This document shows, piece by piece, positions 19,201-27,335 of a stretch of 38,062 nt of DNA. The stretch is from Bacteroidota bacterium (GTDB lineage Bacteria > Bacteroidota > Bacteroidia > UKL13-3). The DNA is taken from assembly GCA_947449515.1 (NCBI GenBank), contig CANFSD010000001.1, forward strand, positions 1-38,062, given 5' to 3'. The notes under the pieces are model-generated. The model was not told where the DNA came from. It did not search any database and worked only from the letters and a program-made list of their open reading frames with translations. Numbering within the stretch: the first letter of the stretch is position 1; each line of letters opens with the position of its first letter. The translations under genes were made by a program, and so were the position numbers.

Positions 19201-21235
19201 CCAACGGAGGTTCAACCAATTTAAAAATGCCAGTGCAGCAACTTTTATTTCTTTTAACGATAGTTTGCAAAAAATAGAATTTAGCGACAATGAATTGGTG
19301 TTGGGAATGGAAAATAGGCGTTGGGACCATAGTAGAATGGGGGTTGTTATTCCTTATCTTTTAAACGCGGGAGTAGGGAATTGTCTTTCGCAAGGAACGG
19401 TTGCATTGGTGTTTGAACCATTTCAAGTTGATTTTCCCTATGAGTTACCCAATTACCCATTTAATTGTTCTTGGGTGCAACAAAATAAAAACGACCAAAG
19501 TGTTCGTTATTATACCTTCAATACAAATACAAGTCAGGGCGAATTGGAACTAAAACAATTTATTGATTCTGTTCCAAATGGTTATTATGTGGCAATGTTT
19601 TCGCGCTATAGTTCTGGAATTCCTAATTGGCAAACCAGCACCAAATCGCTATTTGCTAAAATTGGATCAACCCAAATTGCTCAAATAAAAAGTCCTAATA
19701 CAGCATGGGCAATAATTGGTAAAAAAGGGGAGATGCCTGGTTTGGCGGTTGAAGACACCGTAATAAACAATGCACTTGAAAATGCGCCCCACTTACCTCC
19801 CTACCCAACAGATCCTCAAGATGAAGTTTTTTTGCGCATCAGGAGAAATATTAAGTTGAAATGGTATACCGGAAATTTTGTTTCAGCACCTATTGGTCCA
19901 GCCACTCAATTTCATAATTTGAATTTTGCCCTCAGCGACAATGATCCGCATCCAAGTGGGAGGTGGTGGGTAAATATTATTGGTACAAACCTTCTTGGTG
20001 TTGACACCTTAATTTATTCCAAAATCACCAATACTTCTTTTGATTTATCGAGTATCAACGCTAAAAAATACCCTTATTTAAAACTTCAAATTGGATTTGT
20101 AGACAGTAATTACCGCACACCACAACAATTAAACTTCTGGCAAGTTAGTTATGATCCATGTCCAGAATTGAGCATTGATTTAAACAATTCATTCTCTTTT
20201 TATGCCGCCAATATTGAGCAAGGTGATAGTTTAAAACTAAATCTACCTATTATTAATTTGGGTCGTACCACTGCAGATTCTAGCGATGCCTTGGTAGAAG
20301 TAGTGGATGAAAATAGACTATTGCCACTTAGCACATGGGTTAAAGTTCCGCCCTTAAATTCTTCCCAAACAACTGTTTTACCTATTGCTTTAAGTTCACG
20401 CAGTTTATTCGGTTCGAACCAACTTAATGTAAATATTAATGCCAATAAACGATTCTCTGAATTAAGCTATAACAACAATTTTTTCAAACAAAGTTTTACG
20501 GTAAAAGCAGATATTCAAAACCCGTTTTTAGAGGTAACTTTTGATGGGCAAAGAATTATGAATGGTGATTTTGTGTCACCCAGTCCAATCATAAAAGTTA
20601 GTTCCACAGATAAAAATCCTTATTTGTTGCAAAAAGATACCAGCACTTTTGAATTGTATATTAGGCGACCAAAGCAATTTGATTTTGAACGTGTTTATTT
20701 AAGTAGCAGTGAAGTGCAGTTTATTCCGGCTAATGAAAACAACCAAGCACAACTCATTTTTTTGCCAACTAAATTAGTAGATGGCAATTATTCATTAAGG
20801 GTTCAAGCAATGGATGCCAGCGGTAACAAAGCAGGTAAAAACGATTTTGAAATTGATTTTAACGTGCTTAATAAAAGTTCAATTAGTCATTTTTATCCTT
20901 ATCCAAATCCTTTTACCACACAAACGCGCTTTGTGTTTACACTTACTGGAGAAAAGGTGCCTGATCAATTATTATTGCGAATTTTAACAGTGAATGGAAA
21001 AGTGATTCGTGAAATAAGGAAAGATGAATTTGGTACTATTCATATTGGCAATAACATAAGTGAATTCGCTTGGGATGGCACCGATCAATTTGGCGACAAA
21101 CTTGCAAATGGCGTATACCTTTATCAGGTTTTTACAAAGATAGAAGGCCGTGATATTGAAACAAGAACCACCAAAGCAAAAGAAGAGTCGTCTTTCTTTT
21201 TAAATGGAACTGGAAAAATATTTTTAATGCGCTAG
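16208..21235 (+). CDS. Very large secreted C25 (gingipain-family) cysteine peptidase, PorU-like (candidate T9SS-associated C-terminal signal peptidase or paralogue)
   Basis: 1675-aa ORF with a signal peptide (LLLGTLFCLAPVAQAQ). The C25-like core spans about aa 415-770 (about 17450-18518). A His is in FYGHGS (codon 18116-18118) and a Cys in FNGCNIGN (codon 18206-18208), 30 residues apart, as in the gingipain catalytic dyad. An Ig/CTD-like module (FYPYPNPF...NGVYLYQVF, 20891-21130) lies near the C-terminus. Confidence 0.65.
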   Translation: MRKIKFKVQFVLLLGTLFCLAPVAQAQKKYGFEWIRTYQPYLKFKIAQDGLYHIDSIALRAWGNFDPRNVQCFFNGQEQPIYIQGESDGVFNANDFIELFAKKNDGKLDAELFRSAGEQANTYNSLFSDTGIYFLSILPDTSLQMPLRMQNFTDNDYGNYLPETILSLEKIIAPQEEYYYGAFLPAQEKYYLSEYGDAESMMSALIGQGQSRTFTFKTPNALSSQTAQVEIKIIGASDFFIENQNSPNHHTKIYIVNNNQVPILLVDTTYRGYGERKFIRNISGAQIGDSTSFLIEELNDLSVGSDFIGLSYIKFNYKVSNEAIALNGLFGLNALQTGIKTLLQLNNYPYQTPVFWDLKNNKRSLGSKQGNNARALLPSGSNYRNVFVQDLQEINAIPTLIPVSFVVPNPQLNYSYLIVSNKKLSSVAEAYKTYRNQRYTTYLAYAEDLSDYFFYGNFHPLAVKRFCEYLYQTQSKEPDYLLLLGRGYQNNLLKANAENAALNLVPAMGVPSSDHLFTNGFVGANGAPSIATGRIPASTLAEANNYLQKIIAYETNPDSIQQWRKDFLNVSGGQEIGLQTTFRNKLAALASIVKNKPIGANVFAYAKNNSVPVSDAVREKLIAHLNSGINMMTFYGHGSLTLLDMDFGGIADLQVNHRPTFYYFNGCNIGNANDVDPNGTGSVYGKDYICADGKGAIAWLAHTNLTFTNNLEAQMDQMFAQFGQNSYGQALGMQIKHALELSSQSNEAFSRSHALQILLQGDPALVLYAPGKPDYKIADADLFISPPNASVQNDSLAIGVIVHNLAKAQIDSIAILVERKLPNNVTQTYTLPKQIAPNYQDTFYVWIKPLQKNEIGLNNFKVQINPLQLANEISYSNNEANVSYYLPGSGLQALLPQPYEIIAQDTVQLLVQNNNNLAKAESYIFEIDTSLAFNSASPFYKNSGIIKADNLAKWNVPVMGLDSMAFYWRAKLDLPENQGGVWITQSFTYIKNGPNGWHQRRFNQFKNASAATFISFNDSLQKIEFSDNELVLGMENRRWDHSRMGVVIPYLLNAGVGNCLSQGTVALVFEPFQVDFPYELPNYPFNCSWVQQNKNDQSVRYYTFNTNTSQGELELKQFIDSVPNGYYVAMFSRYSSGIPNWQTSTKSLFAKIGSTQIAQIKSPNTAWAIIGKKGEMPGLAVEDTVINNALENAPHLPPYPTDPQDEVFLRIRRNIKLKWYTGNFVSAPIGPATQFHNLNFALSDNDPHPSGRWWVNIIGTNLLGVDTLIYSKITNTSFDLSSINAKKYPYLKLQIGFVDSNYRTPQQLNFWQVSYDPCPELSIDLNNSFSFYAANIEQGDSLKLNLPIINLGRTTADSSDALVEVVDENRLLPLSTWVKVPPLNSSQTTVLPIALSSRSLFGSNQLNVNINANKRFSELSYNNNFFKQSFTVKADIQNPFLEVTFDGQRIMNGDFVSPSPIIKVSSTDKNPYLLQKDTSTFELYIRRPKQFDFERVYLSSSEVQFIPANENNQAQLIFLPTKLVDGNYSLRVQAMDASGNKAGKNDFEIDFNVLNKSSISHFYPYPNPFTTQTRFVFTLTGEKVPDQLLLRILTVNGKVIREIRKDEFGTIHIGNNISEFAWDGTDQFGDKLANGVYLYQVFTKIEGRDIETRTTKAKEESSFFLNGTGKIFLMR
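20411..20420. repeat. GGTTCGAACC iterated palindrome, copy 3
   Basis: Read directly. It lies inside the C25 peptidase gene with phase GGT|TCG|AAC|C (G-S-N-Q). Confidence 0.9.
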
Positions 21236-21243
21236 CTTAAAAT

Positions 21244-22905
21244 TTACAAGCCTCGTTTCTTTAAAAAGTAGGTGCTTAAGTAATTTACGTCGTGGGCATT
21301 AAAACACATTTCTTTGTTCAATCCACCTTTTCTTGCTACCGCAACGCCAAAGAACATATCATTGAATCCTTCAACCTCATGCGCATCTGGATTGATACTA
21401 ATCATAACTCCTTTGTTAAGGGCATATTCAATATGACGCCAATCTATATCCAATCTGTAAGGGTTGGCATTTAATTCTATTATTACATGATTGGCAGCAC
21501 AGGCATCAATAATTTTTTGATGGTCAATCGGATAACCTTCCCTCATTAATAACAATCGTCCAGTTGGATGGCCTAAAATGGTGGTATAGGGGTTTTCTAT
21601 AGCGCGTATTAACCTGCTCATTGCTTTTTCTTCGGTCATCTTTAGAATACTATGAACGGAGGCAACAACGTAATCAAATGATTTTAATATTTCATTCGAA
21701 TAATCCATTTGGCCATCATATAAAATATCACATTCAATGCCTGCAAATATTTTGAATTTGCCTGCATATTTTTGATTGAGTTTTGCAATTTCAGCTTGTT
21801 GTAAAATTACCTTTTCCTCGGATAAGCCACTGGCATAAAAAGCACTTTTAGAATGGTCGGCCATTCCCAAATATTCATAACCTTTTTCCATGCAATAATT
21901 AGCCATGGTTTCAATGGTATGTAAACCGTCACTCCAGGTTGAATGATTGTGCAGAGGTCCCTTTAAGTCGGTATACTCAATAAAATTGGGGAGTTTATTT
22001 GCGATAGCTTTTTCAATTTCGCCTCGGTTTTCTCTGTACTCAGAAATAATGAAAGGTAAACCAGCTGCTTCATAAATTGCTGATTCATTTATAAAACTAT
22101 TTGGTTTCGGTTCGATCCGAGACATGATTGCATTAAAATGTTCTTGCTGAGAGCCTCTTTCAAATTGTTTATTTACGTATTCTTTTGGATGGACAATGGT
22201 TAAATGAATGGGATAACCTTCAAATTTAATTTCTTCTACTGAACCTTCTTCTTCTCCAAAATACTGCAACCATTCTTCTCTAAAGGATGCTTCATCGTCT
22301 GTTGAAATAAGTAATTCAATCTCTGTTAGTATTTCTAATTTTCTTCTTATTTCGCCACTTAAATCAACCTTTTCTATGGTTTCAAATTCGTCTAAAATAC
22401 TAAGTAGTTTGAGAGCAACAGGGTAGGCTTTTGCGTAATGAAATTTATTTGCGCTTACAAAAATAAACTCAATTTGTTTGATAATAGCCTCTTGGGTTTT
22501 TAAACCAAAACCTTTGAATTGGGCAAGTCTGTTTTCTTTACAGGCATATAATAATTCGCCAATAGATTCAACCCCAATTTCTTTCCAAATAATGGCAACT
22601 TTTTTAGGCCCAATGCCTTTAATACGCATAATGTCTCTGACGCCTTCGGGCGTTGCTTCTATTAATTCAGTTAATTCGGCAAAGGAATTAGTGCTGCATA
22701 TTTCATGTATTTTTTGAGCAATACTTTTGCCAACTCCTTCCATGGCTTCCAATTCTTGCAATGATTTACCAAAAAGAGGTTCCAACATTTTGTCGATACG
22801 GAAAGAGGCCGCAGCAAACGATTTTATTTTAAATGGATTCCCATTGTGAAGTTCACTTAAATCTGCGTATAATTTTAAGATATCTGCTAGGTCTGAATTT
22901 GTCAT
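21244..22905 (-). CDS. polX: Family X DNA polymerase with C-terminal PHP phosphoesterase domain
   Basis: I chose the ATG at 22905 (MTNSDLADILKLYADLSELHNGNPFKIKSF) over the TTG at 22935. HhH motifs GVGKSIAQKI and IKGIGPKK are present. The C-terminal PHP domain has LHNHSTWSDG, MADHS and HPTGR. Confidence 0.85.
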   Translation of the reverse strand: MTNSDLADILKLYADLSELHNGNPFKIKSFAAASFRIDKMLEPLFGKSLQELEAMEGVGKSIAQKIHEICSTNSFAELTELIEATPEGVRDIMRIKGIGPKKVAIIWKEIGVESIGELLYACKENRLAQFKGFGLKTQEAIIKQIEFIFVSANKFHYAKAYPVALKLLSILDEFETIEKVDLSGEIRRKLEILTEIELLISTDDEASFREEWLQYFGEEEGSVEEIKFEGYPIHLTIVHPKEYVNKQFERGSQQEHFNAIMSRIEPKPNSFINESAIYEAAGLPFIISEYRENRGEIEKAIANKLPNFIEYTDLKGPLHNHSTWSDGLHTIETMANYCMEKGYEYLGMADHSKSAFYASGLSEEKVILQQAEIAKLNQKYAGKFKIFAGIECDILYDGQMDYSNEILKSFDYVVASVHSILKMTEEKAMSRLIRAIENPYTTILGHPTGRLLLMREGYPIDHQKIIDACAANHVIIELNANPYRLDIDWRHIEYALNKGVMISINPDAHEVEGFNDMFFGVAVARKGGLNKEMCFNAHDVNYLSTYFLKKRGL

Positions 22906-22959
22906 AATAATTTGGGTGAAACTACAAAATTTCAAACTGGTCTAAAACCACAATTTACC

Positions 22960-22999
22960 AACTAACCCTTCGAGGGTTTAAACCCTCGAAGGGTTAGTT
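22960..22999. repeat. 40-bp perfect palindrome (20-bp arms, no spacer)
   Basis: AACTAACCCTTCGAGGGTTT|AAACCCTCGAAGGGTTAGTT, verified base by base. Each arm can also fold on itself (AACCC-TTCGA-GGGTT). It lies in the 214-bp spacer between the EamA-family gene and polX. Confidence 0.9.
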
Positions 23000-23092
23000 T
23001 AACCTATATCTTCCTATAATCACGCACTTTATCCACAATTTAAGTAAGGTAAGCGCTTATCATTTAGGAGTTTAACTGTTTTCCACCGTCTG

Positions 23093-23131
23093 GGTCACGA
23101 GGGTGGTACCCTAGTGACCTTTTAACTTTTT
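23093..23131 (+). terminator. Intrinsic-terminator-like hairpin whose U-tract is on the plus strand
   Basis: GGTCAC-g-AGGGT ggt ACCCT-a-GTGACC (23093-23119; 11 bp with one mismatch, 3-nt loop) is followed by TTTTAACTTTTT. It lies 19-57 nt beyond the stop of the minus-strand EamA gene, but on the minus strand no U-tract follows it. Confidence 0.4.
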
Positions 23132-23149
23132 CATGGATTTGGGATAATC

Positions 23150-24079
23150 TTAAAAATTGTTCCTCCAAACCAAGACCATTACCCCAAGAATGGAAACAAA
23201 TACCGCTAAATAGGATAAAAAGGGAACACGCTCTTTATAAAAAACAACAGCTGTAAAAAGTACACTTGCAGGTAATAAAGTAAATATTGTTTGTGCAACT
23301 GAAGCATCCAAATGATTAGCAGCCAAAAGGGAAAAACTTACCCCAATTACTGGACCAAATACGGTTCCTAATAACACCGCACGAATTACATTTTTATTGC
23401 CAATAATATCCTTCATTTCTTTCCAAAGCGGAACGGTAAAACTTCCCATTAAATAAACAAAAACACTCGCACTAAACATTCTAATCCAGGTGGCATACAT
23501 TGGGTTAAAATTATTCTCAGAAACACTAAATCCCTTTTTTGCCAATACCAAACCAAGTCCCTGGCAGATTGCCCCTAAGGCTGCAAATAAAATTCCTTTG
23601 TTAAAGCTACCCATGTGCTCGTTTTCTACAGCATTGTGTTCTTTTCTTGATGAAACCAACAAAAGGATTCCACTTATTGAAATAGCCATGCCTAATATTC
23701 CTGCCGTGTTAATTCGTTCACCCACTAAAAAATAAGCGGCAAATAATGCCGCACCTGGTGCAAAACAAGCAAACAAACTTGTTCTTCTACCTCCTAAAAT
23801 ACTGTAGGCTGTAAAGGCAAAATAATCGCCTAAAGTCAATCCTATAAAACCAGAAATTCCAAACCATAAATATTGTTCAGAATTTGGAATGGCAAATAAT
23901 TCAATTGGACTAATTCCTAAATAAATACAGGTTAATATGCTTAAAATTATAAATGCAAATAATAACCTAACTCTATTAACACTAGAAGGATTTGTTAACT
24001 GCGATGCACGCGTAAAGGCAAAAGTTCCAACCGTCCAACTTATTAATGTAATTCCCGCGGCAATAAACCCTATATTCAT
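23150..24079 (-). CDS. EamA/DMT-family transporter
   Basis: I chose the ATG at 24079 (MNIGFIAAGITLISW), which removes the overlap with the upstream gene. The protein has about ten predicted TM helices in two EamA-like halves. Confidence 0.8.
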   Translation of the reverse strand: MNIGFIAAGITLISWTVGTFAFTRASQLTNPSSVNRVRLLFAFIILSILTCIYLGISPIELFAIPNSEQYLWFGISGFIGLTLGDYFAFTAYSILGGRRTSLFACFAPGAALFAAYFLVGERINTAGILGMAISISGILLLVSSRKEHNAVENEHMGSFNKGILFAALGAICQGLGLVLAKKGFSVSENNFNPMYATWIRMFSASVFVYLMGSFTVPLWKEMKDIIGNKNVIRAVLLGTVFGPVIGVSFSLLAANHLDASVAQTIFTLLPASVLFTAVVFYKERVPFLSYLAVFVSILGVMVLVWRNNF

Positions 24080-24080
24080 T

Positions 24081-25505
24081 CTAAAAATTAAATTCTTGTT
24101 CCATATCTGGAACAACTACACTGGCAATACCTTCTCCTTCAACGGCATTTTTCATAGCCATTAATTGCGGCTCTTCGCCATGTACCAAAAATATTTTTTG
24201 AATAGGTTTGCCTGCTTTTCTAGAATTTTCTGCGCTACGTTTAATGTATGATAAAACCTCCTCATGGTCGGGATGTGAGCTGTAAACATCTGTTTTTGCT
24301 ATTTGGGCATACACATTTTTATCTGTGTTTTTAATTCTAATAGTAGATTGTCCTTGCAATAATCGATGTCCTAAAGTACCCTCTGCGCAAAATCCTGCAA
24401 TCAGAATAGTAGAGTAGGGGTTGTCAATATTATTCATTACATGCTCCTGTATACGTCCGCCCTCCACCATTCCGGCGGCCGAAATAATAATACATGGATC
24501 AAAATAATTTAACAACTCATCATGTTCGTCCATTCCCTCTAAATACGTTATACCATCAAAATGGAATAAACTACCATGTTCTTTTTGAAATGCCAATGCC
24601 TCCTCATTTAAAAGGTAAGAATGTCGTTCGTAAACTGGTGTGCTTTTTATGGCAAGCGGACTGTCAACAAAAACCTTCAGCCAATTTGGGATTAATCCTT
24701 TTTTCTTTAATTGGTTAATGGTAAATACAACGGCTTGGGTTCTACCTACACTAAAGGCAGGAATAATTAAGCGACCTCTAAATTCAATACAAGTTTTTTG
24801 AATGTATTGCAGTAATTCTTCTTCGGCCGTGCCAATGGCAAAATGCTTTCTGCCACCATAGGTAGATTCTGTTATTAAATAATCTGCTTGTTCAAATATT
24901 TCACCATCTTTAACCAATTTACTGTTGGCTCGACCCAAATCTCCTGAAAACCCAATCTTGGTTGTTTTGTTGTTTTCATTTACGGTAACCAAAATGCTTG
25001 CTGCTCCAAGTAAATGTCCTGCTTCCAAAAATCTTACATGAATATTTTCAGTAATTTGAAAGTCTTCATTGTAATTTACTGTTAAGAATTGTTCGACTGT
25101 TTGTTTTACGTTTTTTTCGCTAAACAATGGCTTTGCCACTTGATCTCTTCTAGTTTTTTTTGCCCTTCCAAGACTTTTTCTATAATCATGGAATTGAATA
25201 TTGGCAGAATCATAAAGTAAATATCCTGTTAATTCTGCTGTTGCAGGCGTGCACATAATATGTCCTCTAAAACCATGATTTACCAGGGCGGGTAAATTCC
25301 CAGAATGGTCTATATGCGCATGGGTTAGTAATACCAAATCCACATCAACGGGGTCAAACGGAAATAAATTGGCTCGTTCAATGGGATTCTTCTTTACTTC
25401 ATAATCCATTCCACAATCCACCAAAATGGTATAGCCATTATCAAGCCTCACCATATACATACTTCCCGTAACCTGCTTGGCTGCACCTAAAAACTTTAAC
25501 TTCAT
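24081..25505 (-). CDS. MBL-fold metallohydrolase of the beta-CASP type (RNA-metabolising, RNase J/CPSF-like)
   Basis: I chose the ATG at 25505 (MKLKFLGAAKQVTGSMY). It has LLTHAHIDHSG (HxHxDH), a later ESTYG and a C-terminal HGE, which is the beta-CASP architecture. Confidence 0.85.
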   Translation of the reverse strand: MKLKFLGAAKQVTGSMYMVRLDNGYTILVDCGMDYEVKKNPIERANLFPFDPVDVDLVLLTHAHIDHSGNLPALVNHGFRGHIMCTPATAELTGYLLYDSANIQFHDYRKSLGRAKKTRRDQVAKPLFSEKNVKQTVEQFLTVNYNEDFQITENIHVRFLEAGHLLGAASILVTVNENNKTTKIGFSGDLGRANSKLVKDGEIFEQADYLITESTYGGRKHFAIGTAEEELLQYIQKTCIEFRGRLIIPAFSVGRTQAVVFTINQLKKKGLIPNWLKVFVDSPLAIKSTPVYERHSYLLNEEALAFQKEHGSLFHFDGITYLEGMDEHDELLNYFDPCIIISAAGMVEGGRIQEHVMNNIDNPYSTILIAGFCAEGTLGHRLLQGQSTIRIKNTDKNVYAQIAKTDVYSSHPDHEEVLSYIKRSAENSRKAGKPIQKIFLVHGEEPQLMAMKNAVEGEGIASVVVPDMEQEFNF

Positions 25506-25564
25506 TTTTTTTCTTAAACCTTTATTCGGCTCATTATTAAGCATACAAAGAAAGGAAGTTTCTG

Positions 25565-25572
25565 TAACTTTG
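25565..25572 (+). promoter_or_regulatory. Putative -7 promoter box upstream of upp
   Basis: TAACTTTG fits TAnnTTTG and lies 18 nt before the ATG at 25591. I saw no clear -33 TTTG. Confidence 0.3.
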
Positions 25573-25590
25573 TGTTATAAAAGCCAAGGT

Positions 25591-26235
25591 ATGATTCATA
25601 TTTTAACAAACAATGCCTCCTTAATTAACGATTATTTAGCCGAACTTAGAGATGTTGAAATTCAAAAAGACCGGGCCAGGTTTCGCAAAAATGTGGAACG
25701 TATTGGCGAAATTTTAGCATATGAAGTAAGTAAATTTTTGCCTCGAAAAACCGCTTCCATTCAAACACCTCTTGGATTAAGCAATACGGAGGTATTGTCG
25801 GAACAACCAGTTTTGGCAACTGTTTTAAGAGCAGGATTGGCCTTGCATCAGGGTTTTCTTAATTATTTTGATCATGCAGATAATGCTTATATTTCTGCTT
25901 ACCGTAAACATACCAACCAACATGAATTTGAAATAGTGGTAGAATATTTAGCCACTCCTACCTTAAGTGGAAGAACCCTGCTATTAATAGACCCAATGTT
26001 GGCAACAGGAAGAAGTATGTTTTTAGCTTATAAAGCATTGTTAACCAAAGGAAAGCCAGCTAAAGTCATTGTTGTTAGCCTTATTGCAAGTGAACAAGGT
26101 GTAAGTTATATTCAGCAGCATATGCCTGAAGCCGAAATCTTTATCGCAGCGGTTGATCCTAGCCTCGATGAAAATAGTTATATTGTGCCAGGTCTTGGTG
26201 ATGCTGGAGATCTCAGTTTTGGCGAGAAATTATAA
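25591..26235 (+). CDS. upp: Uracil phosphoribosyltransferase
   Basis: I chose the ATG at 25591 (MIHILTNNASLINDYLAELRD). It has the PRPP-binding motif LLLIDPMLATGRS and a C-terminal YIVPGLGDAGD. Confidence 0.9.
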   Translation: MIHILTNNASLINDYLAELRDVEIQKDRARFRKNVERIGEILAYEVSKFLPRKTASIQTPLGLSNTEVLSEQPVLATVLRAGLALHQGFLNYFDHADNAYISAYRKHTNQHEFEIVVEYLATPTLSGRTLLLIDPMLATGRSMFLAYKALLTKGKPAKVIVVSLIASEQGVSYIQQHMPEAEIFIAAVDPSLDENSYIVPGLGDAGDLSFGEKL

Positions 26236-26236
26236 G

Positions 26237-26725
26237 ATGAAAAAAATAGCTGTTGTAATTATTTTTTGCTTTGGGTTTTTAACGCAAAATTCTTTCGCGC
26301 AAAAAATTCCCATGATAAAAGTAAAACAACTTCAAAGTTGGAAGGCAAGTGTTTCAGATACCCTGTATATTATTAATTTCTGGGCCACTTGGTGTAAACC
26401 CTGTGTGGAAGAAATACCCGACTTGGTGAAATTGTCAAAGAATTATTCCGATCCAAAAATTAAAATAATTTTAGTGAGTAATGATTTTAAGAAGCATATA
26501 CAAAGCCATTTAATTCCCTTTGTAAAGGCAAATCATATTGGCTCAAATGTGGTTTTTATGGACGAACCAAACCCTAATGATTGGATTGAATTAATTGATC
26601 CTAATTGGAGTGGTGCAATTCCTGCAACGCTTTTCATTAAAGGCAATATAGGGTTTTCCGAGTTTCATGAAGGTGTTTTAACCTACCAAGAATTAGAAGC
26701 AATTTTGAAAAAAACAAGACAATGA
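26237..26725 (+). CDS. TlpA-like thioredoxin-fold protein, secreted
   Basis: I chose the ATG at 26237 (MKKIAVVIIFCFGFLTQNSFA). The redox motif is FWATWCKPC. Confidence 0.75.
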   Translation: MKKIAVVIIFCFGFLTQNSFAQKIPMIKVKQLQSWKASVSDTLYIINFWATWCKPCVEEIPDLVKLSKNYSDPKIKIILVSNDFKKHIQSHLIPFVKANHIGSNVVFMDEPNPNDWIELIDPNWSGAIPATLFIKGNIGFSEFHEGVLTYQELEAILKKTRQ

Positions 26726-27333
26726 AAAAGTATTTCCTGTCATTCCTTTTTGTATGCTATTTTTATACATCCCAACATGCGCAAGAAATAGAAAAATTGG
26801 CTTTGGCAATTGGACAAACGGCACCAGATTTTAACCTCAAAGGGGTGGATGGCAAACTTCACAGCCTTTCATCCATTAAAAATGCCAAGGGATATTTAGT
26901 TGTGTTTACCTGCAATCATTGTCCTTTTTCACAAGCATATGAAAAAAGAATCATAGCAATTCATCAGAAATTTGCATCAAAGGGAGTTCCCGTTATTGCT
27001 ATCAATCCAAATGATGGAGAACGCGAACCTGCAGATAATTTTGAAAACATGATTAAACGCGCCAAAGAACAGCATTACCCTTTTTTATATTTGTTGGATG
27101 CAGATCAAAGAATTGCCAAGGCTTATGGTGCCAAAAGAACACCGCACGTGTTTTTGTTGGATGCTAATAAGAAATTAATTTATACAGGTGCAATCGACGA
27201 TAATTTTGAAGAGCCAAAGGAGGTGAAAATTAAGTACCTCGAAAATGCCATCAAAGCATATTTAGCAAAGCAATCCATCAACACGCCTATCACCAAGGCA
27301 ATTGGTTGTGGCATAAAGTGGAAGAAAAATTAG
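26722..27333 (+). CDS. Thioredoxin-fold (redoxin/AhpC-TSA-like) protein, secreted
   Basis: 203-aa ORF whose ATG overlaps the upstream stop (ATGA). It has a signal peptide and a FTCNHCPF CxxC motif, and RTPHVFLLD is typical of this family. Confidence 0.75.
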   Translation: MKKYFLSFLFVCYFYTSQHAQEIEKLALAIGQTAPDFNLKGVDGKLHSLSSIKNAKGYLVVFTCNHCPFSQAYEKRIIAIHQKFASKGVPVIAINPNDGEREPADNFENMIKRAKEQHYPFLYLLDADQRIAKAYGAKRTPHVFLLDANKKLIYTGAIDDNFEEPKEVKIKYLENAIKAYLAKQSINTPITKAIGCGIKWKKN

Positions 27334-27335
27334 CT

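Noticed and set aside
20891-21235. The C-terminal module of the C25 protein might be a canonical T9SS C-terminal sorting domain, which would make the protein T9SS cargo.
   Set aside because: The CTD-like beta-sandwich signature (YPNPF...NGVYLY) is followed by about 34 more residues, whereas true CTDs end the protein. Without an HMM score I report it only as CTD/Ig-like.
25477-25590. Several tracked ORFs have N-terminal extensions that create overlaps. They are upp (25477), the TlpA-like gene (26153), the EamA gene (24115), the beta-CASP gene (25544), polX (22935), NUDIX (30392), the P450 (35655), DUF1573 (10649) and the M20 peptidase (14675).
   Set aside because: These are artefacts of taking the longest ORF, often from TTG. 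In every case an internal ATG gives the conserved family N-terminus or a proper signal peptide and removes the overlap.
26237-27333. Two adjacent secreted thioredoxin-fold CxxC proteins with an ATGA overlap might form a dedicated redox system.
   Set aside because: Paired TlpA/redoxin-like genes are common in Bacteroidota. No partner, such as a cytochrome biogenesis gene or a DsbD-like gene, is present here to suggest anything unusual.
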